From: Balanoglossus misakiensis
Taxonomy: Eukaryota > Animalia > Hemichordata
NCBI GenBank assembly: GCA_040954595.2
Contig: CM082587.2
Span: forward strand, 11,537,403-11,601,402
Length of the DNA: 64,000 nucleotides
Reading direction: 5' to 3'
Shown: positions 28,284-41,069 of the stretch, piece by piece
Layout: each line of letters opens with the position of its first letter
Numbering within the stretch: position 1 is the first letter of the stretch
Notes under the pieces: generated by a model
Seen by the model: the letters and a program-made list of their open reading frames with translations, nothing else
Databases searched by the model: none
What the model was told of the DNA's origin: nothing
Program-made: the position numbers and the translations under genes

Positions 28284-28415
28284 GGGAACACAAACAGTCA
28301 TTTTGATACATAAGTAGATTTAAAAAAAAAAAAAAAAAAAAAAATTGACAATTATTTTTTGGAAGCATAACTTAATGGAAAGAAGAGAAAAAAAAAAAAA
28401 AACAATCTGGTATTC

Positions 28416-29978
28416 TCAGTTTGTTATATACCTCATAAGTGATGACCATTTTTTAAGATGAAAATACATTTTATGATTTGCAGTTGCAATCTTAAGTTCA
28501 ATTTCATGTATGTTTTTGAGCTGAACAATAAACCCAGTGATATTCGGAATTCGATTATTTAATTTACAGTAGTAAATGTACATTCTAACTTGCATTGCTA
28601 TAAAATTGACTATAAAAGTCTCGTTTGGGTCACCCAAAACCATACATAACACTGATGGTGGTTTTTTCAATTTAAGAGGGATACCCAACGTAAACAGTAG
28701 GTCCCTCCAGAGAGCAGTAGTACAATTGCAACTATGAAATAAATGGTCGATGGACTCTGTTTCCACTTTACATAAATCACAAAGAGCAGTTGGAAATTTC
28801 TGTGGATTGTACCTGTTTAGCTGTTTGTTTGTATACAAAATATTGTGAAGTAATTTAAATTGAAAAGCTCTAGCCTTACAATGTATTGATAACTTGTAAG
28901 TGAAGTCATACATTTTTTCCCAGTTTAGATTAAATGTATTCAACATTTTTTCCAGTGTTGCTTGACTTTTTGGAGTCTCTATAATACGGTCGTTCAAATT
29001 ACATTTCAAACTCTTTTTCGTTAAAGTGTCTAAATTACAGATTGTGCCATTCAATGAAATACAAAGCTTATGTACACTATGTGCTTTGGTACAATTTTTT
29101 AACTTGTTTGGAACAGAAAGTGTCAATCCTAACCACTTCAATTTCTGATTTAAATTCAGGCCTTTCTGCTCAAATACAGACCATGATACTCTATTAAAAC
29201 CTGTAAACATGTCAGGGATGAAATTAAAGCCAGCGTCAGAAAAAGCCTTATAAAATACCGACTTTCCTCCAACGAGGACGTTTCTATTGTTCCAAATCAC
29301 CTGGTCTGTAGTATTTGGAATTATGTTGATTTCTGACCATGTGACAAGACAATTATTTATAAAACTGGAAACTTGGACAGGCAAAAGATTGGTGCGGAAG
29401 TTACATTTAAAAAGTAATTTTCCACCGACTTTCTCTAAACTGTGTAAGACAATGTGTTTCCAAGGGTGTTTACATTCCTCATTCAACAGGCGTTTAATCA
29501 GTAATACTTGCTTTGTTTTTATCATCACATCTAAATTGGGCATTTTTAAGCCTCCTTGGCCCACCTCCCCTATCATTACATTCCTGCGAACCCGGTCTTG
29601 TCCATTCCAGAGAAAATTATAAATTAACTTATGAACCCGACCTATTACTTCATTAGGAAAAATTACATGTGTAAGCACATATGTTAATTTGGAAATTGCC
29701 AATGACTTAATAACTTGAACTTTCCCAATGATGGTCAAATTCCTAGTTTTCCACATATTGAGGACCTTTTTTAGATTTTCGACTGGGGTAACAATATTTT
29801 TTTCCTGGGCAATTTTTTCATTATAAGAAAAATGAATCCCCACAATCTTGATAGTAGGGGTGGGCCACTTTACCCCGAACGCCTCATCTTTTCGAAGTCT
29901 CCATTTCCCAAGCCAAACAGCTTCTGTCTTATCTTTGTTGACTTTCAAACCAGAAGCATTATAAAAGGAAGTTAACAT
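28416..29978 (-). CDS. L1/Tx1 ORF2 C-terminal part (RT thumb region and zf-RVT-type CCHC), continuing 30004-32130 across a 1-nt frameshift
   Basis: SGLKVNKDKT..., WKTRNLTIIGKVQVIKSLAISK, GGLKMPNL and CDLCKVETESIDHLFHSC motifs, typical of L1-clade ORF2. Confidence 0.9.
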   Translation of the reverse strand: MLTSFYNASGLKVNKDKTEAVWLGKWRLRKDEAFGVKWPTPTIKIVGIHFSYNEKIAQEKNIVTPVENLKKVLNMWKTRNLTIIGKVQVIKSLAISKLTYVLTHVIFPNEVIGRVHKLIYNFLWNGQDRVRRNVMIGEVGQGGLKMPNLDVMIKTKQVLLIKRLLNEECKHPWKHIVLHSLEKVGGKLLFKCNFRTNLLPVQVSSFINNCLVTWSEINIIPNTTDQVIWNNRNVLVGGKSVFYKAFSDAGFNFIPDMFTGFNRVSWSVFEQKGLNLNQKLKWLGLTLSVPNKLKNCTKAHSVHKLCISLNGTICNLDTLTKKSLKCNLNDRIIETPKSQATLEKMLNTFNLNWEKMYDFTYKLSIHCKARAFQFKLLHNILYTNKQLNRYNPQKFPTALCDLCKVETESIDHLFHSCNCTTALWRDLLFTLGIPLKLKKPPSVLCMVLGDPNETFIVNFIAMQVRMYIYYCKLNNRIPNITGFIVQLKNIHEIELKIATANHKMYFHLKKWSSLMRYITN

Positions 29979-30003
29979 TTCAAAAACAATTCTTACAGAG
30001 TTT

Positions 30004-32130
30004 TCATTTGATAAAAAAACAGGTCATATCGTCGGCGAACGCCGACTCCTTAATTTCAACACTGCCAATATTGATACCACTAATTTGCCGGTTATTTCTT
30101 ATTGAATGCAAGAGTGTTTCTAAAACCAGAATAAATAACATAGGTGACAAAGGGTCGCCTTGGCGCACTCCCTTCTCAAGCTTAAAATAGCCAGTCCCAA
30201 ACCCATTGTTCATTACAGTGCTTTCAATGTTAAAATATAAGGCTTTAACCCAGTTGATGAAGGACACTCCAAAATTAAAGGATGACAATGTATTGTAGAG
30301 ATAATCCCAACTTACAGTGTCAAAAGCTTTTTCGAAATCTATGGCTAATAAAATTGCTGGAATATCAGCATTACAGGTGTGATGAAAAATCTCATCTATC
30401 AAACGGATATAATCACCAATGTTTCTCCCCCGGACAAAGGCCGCTTGGGAGTCACCAATTAAGCAGGGCAAAACTTTCTCAATACGTTTAACAAGGCATT
30501 TTGAAGCAAGCTTCATGTCAACATTCATAAGGGAGATTGGTCTCCAATTTTTCAGATAGAGTTGATCCTTCCCAGGTTTATCAATCAGAGTTATGACACT
30601 CTGTTTCTGTGAATTTGAAAATTCCCCCGTTCTGTAACCATAATTGAGAGAATTCAAAACTAAATTCCCCACCTGTGGCCAAAACGCCACGTAAAATTCT
30701 TTTGTAAGGCCATCATTGCCGGGGCTTTTGTTGTCTGGAAGGGAGAGAAGAACAGAGAAAACTTCCCCAGGGGTCAAAGGACCCTCACACAAAACTTTAT
30801 CATTCTCTGACAACATTGGTAAATTTGCATCCAGGAAATAATGCACATCGTTGGAGTTTGTGGCGCACCTTGAGTAAAGCTTGGCATAAAACTGCTTAAT
30901 TTCACACAAAATATTCTTTGGGTTGTCTATAATTGTATACTCATCTTTCTTCAAATTGCTGATACTCGAGTTGCGTTTATTTACCTTTTCCAAACCTAAA
31001 AAGAACTTGTTACATTTTTCACCTTTCTCGTACCAATTAATCCTGGATCTTACGACCGCTCCTTCTGTAATATAATCATAAACTTTCTCCAAATCACTCT
31101 TTGCTGACTCGAGCATCTCGTAATTTTGCACTGTAGGATGATTAGAACAAAGACCCTCAAGAAAATTCACCGACAGTTCAAGATTCTGTAAATTCTGTCT
31201 ACGTTTTTTCGCCACTGTTTTGCTGTAGTCAATCACAAAACCTCTAATCTTAAATTTTATGAAGTCCCAACGAACCCCATCATTTAACCTAGTGGATTCA
31301 CTAATCCACTCGTCAATATTATCGTGCAGAATGGTTTTGAAAGTACTGTCGTAAATTAAACTAGAATTAAACTTCCAGTAGCCAGGACCCCGCTCGTTTT
31401 GGCAAGATTTATACACCAAAGAGACAGCTGAATGGTCGGAATCCACTCCAGGAATAATCTGAACGCTACTGATTTGTTGCTGTAAATCGCTAGAAATGAA
31501 AAAATAATCAAGTCTACTCTGAGTGATATAAGGCCTGCGCCTTCTCCAGGTAAAACCTCTCTTTTCTTCATGACGCACCCTCCATATATCAATCAAATTG
31601 AAGACGTCAGATATCCTATCTAAAAGAGCAATGGACTTTCCCCATGGTTTAGGATTGCCTCCTGAGCGATCAAGGGCAATATTATAGGTGAAATTTAAAT
31701 CCCCTCCTAAAATGACAATTGTGTTGGGATCGGTTACATATTTGACCAGCAAAAAATACATTTCTTCTAGAAAAATTACATGCTCTTTCTCTATATTGGG
31801 TGCATATACATTAAGTAGTATACAAGGCGTATTGTCTAAATTTACATCAATAAGAATAAATCTACCCATATCGTCAGTTACAGAATTGTTAACTATAATA
31901 TTTGGGTTATTGATAATTGTTATTACACCTCTACTATTGTTTGTTCCATGCGAAAACCAACAGCGACCATTAAATTGAGTTGACCAAAAGTGAACATCGT
32001 CTTTTACACTGTGGGTTTCTTGTAAGAAAGTAAATGTGGGGTTCTTACTATTTAACCAACATCCAAGTTTTTTCCTTTTTTTGAAACTACGGAGCCCTCT
32101 TGTATTAAACGTCAAAACTGAAAAATCCAT
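30004..32130 (-). CDS. L1/Tx1 ORF2 N-terminal part: APE-like endonuclease and reverse transcriptase up to FADD
   Basis: EN motifs TFNTRGL, LQETH, NVYAPN, GGDLN, SRLDYF, SDH. RT motifs SPGNDG, NWRPISLMNVDMK, DFEKAFD, GVRQGDPLSP, FADD. Frameshift in a T7 run at 30013-30019. Confidence 0.93.
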   Translation of the reverse strand: MDFSVLTFNTRGLRSFKKRKKLGCWLNSKNPTFTFLQETHSVKDDVHFWSTQFNGRCWFSHGTNNSRGVITIINNPNIIVNNSVTDDMGRFILIDVNLDNTPCILLNVYAPNIEKEHVIFLEEMYFLLVKYVTDPNTIVILGGDLNFTYNIALDRSGGNPKPWGKSIALLDRISDVFNLIDIWRVRHEEKRGFTWRRRRPYITQSRLDYFFISSDLQQQISSVQIIPGVDSDHSAVSLVYKSCQNERGPGYWKFNSSLIYDSTFKTILHDNIDEWISESTRLNDGVRWDFIKFKIRGFVIDYSKTVAKKRRQNLQNLELSVNFLEGLCSNHPTVQNYEMLESAKSDLEKVYDYITEGAVVRSRINWYEKGEKCNKFFLGLEKVNKRNSSISNLKKDEYTIIDNPKNILCEIKQFYAKLYSRCATNSNDVHYFLDANLPMLSENDKVLCEGPLTPGEVFSVLLSLPDNKSPGNDGLTKEFYVAFWPQVGNLVLNSLNYGYRTGEFSNSQKQSVITLIDKPGKDQLYLKNWRPISLMNVDMKLASKCLVKRIEKVLPCLIGDSQAAFVRGRNIGDYIRLIDEIFHHTCNADIPAILLAIDFEKAFDTVSWDYLYNTLSSFNFGVSFINWVKALYFNIESTVMNNGFGTGYFKLEKGVRQGDPLSPMLFILVLETLLHSIRNNRQISGINIGSVEIKESAFADDMTCFFIK

Positions 32131-32590
32131 TTCAAATTGTCATGAAATGTGTTGTGTCGACTGCTTCCAAAAACATTTCTGAAAATTGACTGATGTGTCC
32201 CGCTTTGAAATAAACCCATCAAGAAACAACAAACAAACAAGACAAACACACCCTAAGGGCCGACAGAGGCGAGAGAAAAAAACCCAAAGGGCCAAAAAAA
32301 GAGAAGACTGAGAAGAGACGAAACTCCCTTCCCCGGAGGAAAAAAACAAACAGGGAAAGGGGGCAAGACGAAAAGGAGAAGAAATACAAAAAGAACAAAA
32401 AAGAAGGGCAAGAAAAAAAAAACCTACTCTGCTCGAGTGCCACACCTTCTCTGTGTCGGAGGTGTATTGAGATCTTTAAAATCAATGGCCGACAACGTTA
32501 CCGTTATTCTATGAATACTGTGTTTGGTAATTCAAAGTCGTACGCTACTATCCAGTTTACATTTACAATTTTCATTTACATTTACAAATG

Positions 32591-32875
32591 TCATTTTTCT
32601 GGAATGTCATTTACCGTGAGTTCCTTTTTGACACCATTAGCGTACTTGATTACGAGTGTTGCCGGCACTTTCCAAGCTATGTAGCAGCTTTTCGTCGACG
32701 CTTCTTTCTTTATCTTGCTTGCATACTGTAGTAGCCTCTTCCGTTCCGCGTATACTTTCTTGCTTACATCGTCAGACACATAAATCTGGTTTCCTTTCAA
32801 CTTGTTTCCTTTCAGGCATCCAGGGGCCGCAAATAAAATCTGTCTGGCTTCGTTGGCGTTACCGAAGACCACCAT
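32591..32875 (-). pseudogene. C-terminal remnant of L1-type ORF1 (RRM end/CTD), cut by the 5' truncation
   Basis: LKGNQIYVSDDVSKKVYAERKRL resembles the L1 ORF1p RRM-CTD junction. It abuts the right TSD. Confidence 0.75.
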
Positions 32876-32877
32876 AA

Positions 32878-35800
32878 TGACCCGCTGTGACTTTCCCTGT
32901 TCGGTTTGCCCGACTTAGCCAACGTCTTTGTACTAGAGTGTCGGGTCTTTTGCAGAGCCAGGCCGAAGGTAATCCGACTTGATCACCGTTGCTAACGAAC
33001 GCTAGTGTCTGTCATGGTGTGCCGGGGTTTTAGTCGAGCCAGGCCGTAGGAGATCTGACTTGATCATCGTGGTCAATGTACGCGTGTTTCCGCTCTAAAG
33101 TGCCGGGGCTTCAGCTAAACCAGGCCGTAGGAAATCCGACGTAATCACCGTTGATAAATTACGCCAGTCTGTGTCATATAGAGCCGGTGCACCAGCCGAG
33201 TCACGCCGTAGGAAATCTGACTTGATCAACGTGGTCAATGTACGCCTGTTTCTGCTCTAGAGCGCCGGGGCTTCAGCTGAGCCAGGCCGTAGGAAACCCG
33301 ACGTGATTACCGTTGTTAACTTACGCCAGTCTGTGTCCTATATATAGTGCCGGGGCATCAGCCGTGCCAGGTCGAAGGAAATGTGAGTAGATCAACGTGG
33401 TTTTTGTACGCGTGTTTCTGCTCTAGAGTGCCAGGGCTTTAGCCAAGCCATGCCGTAGGAAATCTGACTTGATCAACGTTGCTAACGAACTCTAGTGTCT
33501 ATCATAGTGTGCCGGGGTTTTAGTCGAGCCAAGCCGTAGGAGATCAGACTTGATCAACGTGGTCTCTGTACGCGTGTTTCTGCTCTAGAGTGCCGGGGCT
33601 TTATCCAAGCCATGCCGTAGAAAATCTGACTTGATCACCGTTGCTAACGTACGATAGTGTCTGTCATATTGTGACGAAGATTTAGCCGAGCCAGGCCGTA
33701 GAAAAATCGACTTGTTCAACGTTACCAGTGTGCAACTGTTTCTGCTCTAGAGTGTCAGGATTTTAGCCGACTTATGCTGTAGGAAATCTGAGTTGATGAA
33801 CGGGAATTCAATGTTAGAAAATCCGTGTGGAAAGTATCTCTACCCGTTTGAAACTAAGAAAAGAATTTATTTTTATTTATTTTGTAAAAAAGACAATTTT
33901 TCGAAAAAAAAGTCGAAAATGGTAATTTTGTCTTGGGTGATTCAAATTATACCGCCTTTTCTGCAATTTGCAGCACTTTTTACAAGAGAACGACACTTCA
34001 TGCTCCATAATATTTCCGAAAATGAAGAAAAGAGTTAATTTTTTATTATTTTTTAAAAATTTACCTTTTTTGTCAAAATATGGCCAAAATGGCTATTTTT
34101 TATTGAATTCCGTCAATATCTCTGCATTTTTGGAGTGGTCGAAAGTTTTAACATACAATCAACATGTCATATATGATCAGGGCACCAAATTCGAAGAACA
34201 AAGGTTTTTTTATTTTTTTTTCTAAAAATGACATTTTCAAGGAAAATTTGGTAAAAAGCAATTTTGTCTGCAGTGAGCCAAATTAGACGGTCTTTTGTGG
34301 AATTTGTATCGATATATACATACGAAGAGCATTCTATACTCCATCAGATTTCCGAAAATGTAGAAAACAGGTCTTTTTTGTAATTTTCAAAAATTTACCA
34401 TTTTGACCAAATTGTGGCTAAAATTGTTATTTTCGTGTTGAATGCCGCCAGTGTCACTGCTTTTAAAAGTCATAAAAACGTTTAACATACAAGCAATTGT
34501 TTATATATGATCAGGTCACCGAATTAAAAAAAATAAAGAATGTTTTGCCTAAAAATTACCTTTTTGGTGCAAAAACGCAATTTTGTATTAAATCAGCTCA
34601 TTCAGAGTGCATTTTTTATAATCAGCACCATGTTTACATATAATGGAAATTTCATACATCATCAGATATCCAAATATGAAAAAATGATTTAGATTTTAGA
34701 TGATTGTCCAAAATTAGCTGATATCTAACAAATGTAGTATTGAACCGTTCTGTTCCCCCCCCCCCTTTACATTATATGCGGTACGCCGATGTCAGCTTAC
34801 CCGGCAGTACTGTAGGCCGTGCCCCCAACAAACGTCGGTGTTTGAAACGCCCTGGTTAAATTCGGGCTCTCTCTTTAAATTGACAGGCAATAATGCAGTC
34901 CTACCGGAACAAATGTCAAGTGTTGAACCGCTGTGACTTTCCCTGTTCGGTTTGCCCGACTTAGCCAACGTCTTTGTACTAGAGTGTCGGGTCTTTTGCA
35001 GAGCCAGGCCGAAGGAAATCCGACTTGATCACCGTTGCTAACGAACGCTAGTGTCTGTCATGGTGTGCCGGGGTTTTAGTCGAGCCAGGCCGTAGGAGAT
35101 CTGACTTGATCATCGTGGTCAATGTACGCGTGTTTCCGCTCTAAAGTGCCGGGGCTTCAGCTAAACCTGGCCGTAGGAAATCCGACGTAGTCACCGTTGA
35201 TAACTTACGCCAGTCTGTGTCATATAGAGCCGGTGCACCAGCCGAGTCACGCCGTAGGAAATCTGACTTGATCAACGTGGTCAATGTACGCCTGTTTCTG
35301 CTCTAGAGTGCCGGGGCTTCAGCTGAGCCAGGCCGTAGGAAACCCGACGTGATTACCGTTGTTAACTTACGCCAGTCTGTGTCCTATATATAGTGCCGGG
35401 GCATCAGCCGTGCCAGGCCGAAGGAAATGTGAGTAGATCAACGTGGTCTCTGTACGCGTGTTTCTGCTCTAGAGTGCCAGGGCTTTAGCCAAGCCATGCC
35501 GTAGGAAATCTGACTTGATCAACGTTGCTAACGAACGCTAGTGTCTGTCATAGTGTGCCGGGGTTTTAGTCGAGCCAAGCCGTAGGAGATCAGACTTGAT
35601 CAACGTGGTCTCTGTACGCGTGTTTCTGCTCTAGAGTGCCGGGGCTTTATCTAAGCCATGCCTTAGAAAATCTGACTTGATCACCGTTGCTAACGTACGC
35701 TAGTGTCTGTCATATTGTGACGGAGATTTAGCCGAGCCAGGCCATAGAAAAATCGACTTGTTCAACGTTACCAGTGTGCAACTGTTTCTGCTCTAGAGTG

Positions 35801-38800
35801 TCAGGGTTTTAGCCGACTTATGCTGTAGGAAATCTGAGTTGATGAACGGGAATTCAATGTTAGAAAACCCTTGTGGAAAGTATCTCTACCCGTTTGAAAC
35901 TAAGAAAAGAATTTATTCTTATTTATTTTGTAAAAAAGACAATTTTTCGAAAAAAAGTCGAAAATGGTAATTTTGTCTTGGGTGATTCAAATTATACCGC
36001 CTTTTCTGGAATTCGCTGCACTTCTTACAAGAGAACGACACTTCATGCTCCATAATATTTCGGAAAATGAAGAAAAGAGTAATTTTTTTATGATTTTTTA
36101 AAAATTTACCATTTTTGTCAAAATATGGCCAAAATGGCTATTTTTTCTTGAATTCCGTCAATATATCTGCATTTTTGGAGTGGTCGAAAGTTTTAACATA
36201 CAATCAACATGTCATATATGATCAGGGCACCAAATTCGAAGAACAAAGGTTTTTTTATTTTTTTTTCTTCTAAAAGTGACATTTTCAAGGAAAATTTGGT
36301 AAAACGCAATTTTGCCTGCAGTGAGCCAAATTAGACGGTCTTTTTTTTTAGAATTTGTATCGATATATACATACGAAGAGCATTCTATACTCCATCAGAT
36401 TTCCGAAAATGTAGAAAACAGGTATTTTTTTGTAATTTTTAAAAATTTACCATTTTGACCAAATTGTGGCTAAAATTGTTATTTTCGTGTTGAATGCCGC
36501 CAGTGTCACTGCTTTTAAAAGTCATAAAAACTTTTAACATACAAGCAATTGTTTATATATGATCAGGTCACCGAATTAAAAAAATAAAGAATGTTTTGCC
36601 TAAAAATGACCTTTTTGGTGCAAAAACGAATAAAACGCAATTTTGTATTAAATCAGCTCATTCAGAGTGCATTTTTATAATCAGCACCATTTTTACATAT
36701 AATGGAAATTTCATACATCATCAGATATCCAAATATGAAAAAATGAATTAGATTTAAGATGATTGTCCAAAATTAGCTGATATCTGATAAATGTAGTATT
36801 AAACCGTTCTGTTCCCCCCCCCCTACATTACATGCGGTACGCCGATGTCAGCTTACCCGGCAGTACTGCAGGCCGTGCCCCCAACTAACGTCGGTGTTTG
36901 AAACGCCCTGGTTAAATTCGAGCTTTCTCTATAAATTGACAGGCAATAATGCAGTCCTACCCGAACAAATGTCGAGTGTTGACCCGCTGTGACTTTCCCT
37001 CTTCGGTTTGCCCGACTTAGCCAACGTCTTTGTACTAGAGTGTCGGGTCTTTTGCAGAGCCAGGCCGAAGGAAATCAGACTTGATCACCGTTGCTAACGA
37101 ACGCTAGTGTCTGTCATGGTGTGCCGGGGTTTTAGTCGAGCCAGGCCGTAGGAGATCTGAATTGATCATCGTGGTCAATGTACGCGTGTTTCCGCTCTAA
37201 AGTGCCGGGGCTTCAGCTAAACCAGGCCGTAGGAAATCCGACGTAATCACCGTTGATAACTTACGCTAGTCTGTGTCATATAGAGCCGGTGCACCTGCCG
37301 AGTCACGCCGTAGGAAATCTGACTTGATCAACGTGGTCAATGTACGCCTGTTTCTGCTCTAGAGTGCCGGGGCTTCAGCTGAGCCAGGCCGTAGGAAACC
37401 CGACGTGATTACCGTTGTTAACTTACGCCAGTCTGTGTCCTATATATAGTGCCGGGGCATCAGCCGTGCCAGGCCGAAGGAAATGTGAGTAGATCAACGT
37501 GGTCTCTGTACGCGTGTTTCTGCTCTATAGTGCCAGGGCTTTAGCCAAGCCATGCCGTAGGAAATCTGACTTGATCAACGTTGCTTACTAACGATAGTGT
37601 CTGTCATAGTGTGCCGGGGTTTTAGTCGAGCCAAGCCGTAGGAGATCAGACTTGATCAACGTGCTCTCTGTACGCGTGTTTCTGCTCTAGAGTGCCGGGG
37701 CTTTATCCAAGCCATGCCGTAGAAAATCTGACTTTATCACCGTTGCTAACGTACGCTAGTGTCTGTCATATTGTGACGGAGATTTAGCCGAGCCAGGCAG
37801 TAGAAAAATCGACTTGTTCAACGTTACCAGTGTGCAACTGTTTCTGCTCTAGAGTGTCAGGGTTTTAGCCGACTTATGCTGTAGGAAATCTGAGTTGATG
37901 AACGGGAATTCAATGTTAGAAAACCCGTGTGGAAAGTATCTCTACCCGTTTGAAACTAAGAAAAGAATTTATTCTTATTTATTTTGTAAAAAAGACAATT
38001 TTTCGAAAACAAGTCGAAAATGGTAATTTTGTCTTGGGTGATTTAAATTATACCGCCTTTTCTGGAATTTGCAGCACTTTTTACAAGAGAACGACACTTC
38101 ATGCTCCATAATATTTCCGAAAAAATAAGAAAAGAGTTATTTTTTATGATTTTTTAAAAATTTACCATTTTGTCAAAATATGGCCAAAATGGCTATTTTG
38201 TCTTGAATTCCGTCAATATCTCTGCATTTTTGGAGTGGTCGAAAGTCTTAACATACAATCAACATGTCATATATGATCAGGGCACCAAATTCGAAGAACA
38301 AAGGTTTTTTTATTTTTTTTTTCTAAAAATGACATTTTCAAGGAAAATTTGGTAAAACGCAATTTTGTCTGCAGTGAGCCAAATTAGACGGTCTTTTGTG
38401 GAATTTGTATCGATATATACATACGAAGAGCATTCTATACTCCATCAGATTTCCGAAAATGTAGAAAACAGGTATTTTTTGTAATTTTCAAAAATTTACC
38501 ATTTTGACCAAATTGTGGCTAAAATTTTTATTTTCGTGTTGAATGCCGCCAGTGTCATTGCTTTTAAAAGTCATAAAAACTTTTAACATACAAGCAATTG
38601 TTTATATATGATCAGGTCACCGAATTAATAAAATAAAGAATGTTTTGCCTAAAAATGACCTTTTTGGTGCAAAAACGAATAAAACGCAATTTTGTATTAA
38701 ATCAGCTCATTCAGAGTGCATTTTTTATAATCAGCACCATGTTTACAAATAATGGAAATTTCATACATCATCAGATATCCAAATATGAAAAAATGATTTA

Positions 38801-40562
38801 GATTTTAGATGATTGTCCAAAATTAGCTGATATCTAATAAATGTAGTATTGAACCGTTCTGTTCCCCCCCCCCCCTACATTATATGCGGTACGCCGATGT
38901 GAACTTACCCGGCAGTACTGCAGGCCGTGCCCCCAACTAACGTCGGTGTTTGAAGCGCCCTGGTTAAATTCGGGCTTTCTCTATAAATTGACAGGCAATA
39001 ATGCAGTCCTACCCGAACAAATGTCGAGTGTTGACCCGCTGTGACTTTCCCTCTTCGGTTTGCCCGACTTAGCCAACGTCTTTGTACTAGAGTGTCGGGT
39101 CTTTTGCAGAGCCAGGCCGAAGGAAATCCGACTTGATCACCGTTGCTAACGAACGCTAGTGTCTGTCATGGTGTGCCGGGGTTTTAGTCGAGCCAGGCCG
39201 TAGGAGATCTGACTTGATCATCGTGGTCAATGTACGCGTGTTTCCGCTCTAAAGTGCCGGGGCTTCAGCTAAACCAGGCCGTAGGAAATCCGACGTAATC
39301 ACCATTGATAACTTACGCCAGTCTGTGTCATATAGAGCCGGTGCACCAGCCGAGTCACGCCATAGGAAATCTGACTTGATCAACGTGGTCAATGTACGCA
39401 TGATTCTGCTCTAGAGTGCCGGGGCTTCAGCTGAGCCAGGCCGTAGGAAACCCGACGTGATTACCGTTGTTAACTTACGCCAGTCTGTGTCCTATATATA
39501 GTGCCGGGGCATCAGCCGTGCCAGGCCGAAGGAAATGTGAGTAGATCAACGTGGTCTCTGTACGCGTGTTTCTGCTCTAGAGTGCCAGGGCCAAGCCATG
39601 CCGTAGGAAATCTGACTTAATCAACGTTGCTAACGAACGCTAGTGTCTGTCATAGTGTGCCGGGGTTTCAGTCGAGCCAAGCCGTAGGAGATCAGACTTG
39701 ATCAACGTGGTCTCTGTACGCGTTTTTCTGCTCTAGAGTGCCGGGGCTTTATCCAAGCCATGCCGTAGAAAATCTGACTTGATCACCGTTGCTAACGTAC
39801 GCTAGTGTCTGTCATATTGTGACGGACATTTAGCGGAGCCAGGCCGTAGAAAAATCGACTTGTTCAACGTTACCAGTGTGCAACTGTTTCTGCTCTAGAG
39901 TGTCAGGGTTTTAGCCGACTTATGCTGTAGGAAATCTGAGTTGATGAACGGGAATTCAATGTTAGAAAACCCGTGTGGAAAGTATCTCTACCCGTTTGAA
40001 ACTAAGAAAAGAATTTATTCTTATTTATTTTGTAAAAAAGACAATTTTTCGAAAAAAAGTTGAAAATGGTAATTTTGTCTTGGGTGATTCAAATTATACC
40101 GCCTTTTCTGGAATTTGCAGCACTTTTTGCAAGAGAACGACACTTCATGCTCCATAATATTTCCGAAAATGAAGAAAAGAGTTAATTTTTTATGATTTTT
40201 TAAAAATTTACCATTTTTGTCAAAATATGGTCAAAATGGCTATTTTTTCTTGAATTCCGTCAATATATCTGCATTTTTGGAGTGGTCGAAAGTTTTAACA
40301 TACAATCAACATGTCATATATGATCAGGGCACCAAATTCGAAGAACAAAGGTTTTTTTATTTATTTTTTCTAAAAATGACATTTTCAAGGAAAATTTGGT
40401 AAAACGCAATTTTGTCTGCAGTGAGCCAAATTAGACGGTCTTTTGTGGAATTTGTATCGATATATACATACGAAGAGCATTCTATACTCCATCAGATTTC
40501 CGAAAATGTAGAAAACAGGTATTTTTTGTAATTTTCAAAAATTTACAATTTTGACCAAATTG
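32878..40562 (-). repeat. Macrosatellite, inverted orientation, more diverged units
   Basis: Resumes exactly at the TSD. Landmarks at ~33828, 35873, 37929 and 39975, with more private substitutions and small indels than the left arm. Confidence 0.96.
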
Positions 40563-40894
40563 TGGGGAAGTATCGTGGCAGTGATCAATACTCCCGGGAG
40601 GGGGTTCGAGTATACTGACGTCGGAAAAGAAGCGAACGATTCAGTGCTAGGTAAAACACTGGTTTATTACCATCTGAATCCAACAACAAAGTAACACCAC
40701 AGAGCTCCTTAGAAAATGCTGCCCGAAAGCGCCAAAACTGGGTTATATATAAGTCCCACGAACGCCGGAGCAAACACTCAAAAATTACAATAAATCTGCT
40801 ACAAGTATAAAGTTTGGCGGGAAACAAAGTCAACTCTGATAGGGTAAGAGTTTCCGTCACGTGATCCTTCTGGAGTAAATCTCTCACTTCTCCA
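40563..40894 (-). repeat. 3' LTR of the BEL/Pao fragment (~330 bp; ends uncertain by 2 bp)
   Basis: Follows the polypurine tract. Termini TGGAGAAGT...ACTTCCCCA form an imperfect inverted repeat. Confidence 0.72.
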
Positions 40895-41069
40895 TATTCT
40901 CCCCCGCGCAAAGGAAAGTCTCGAAAATCGTCAGAAAAAAAAAACATCAAATAACATGAAATATGATTAAAGTCACCTAAAGTGTTCAAGGATAATAAAC
41001 TAATGTTCATTGTGTCAGTAAACATGATAACAGTCACAATGCGATCGAAATTGTTTTCCAATTTCAAAG

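Larger units (their letters stand above)
28252..32877 (-). mobile_element. L1-clade (Tx1-like) non-LTR retrotransposon, 5'-truncated within ORF1
   Basis: Poly(A) tail (T-run 28249-28270), AATAAA on minus at 28278-28283, EN+RT+CCHC ORF2, ORF1 C-terminal remnant, and flanking direct repeat TGACCCGCTGTGACTTT at 28235-28251 and 32878-32894. Confidence 0.95.
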
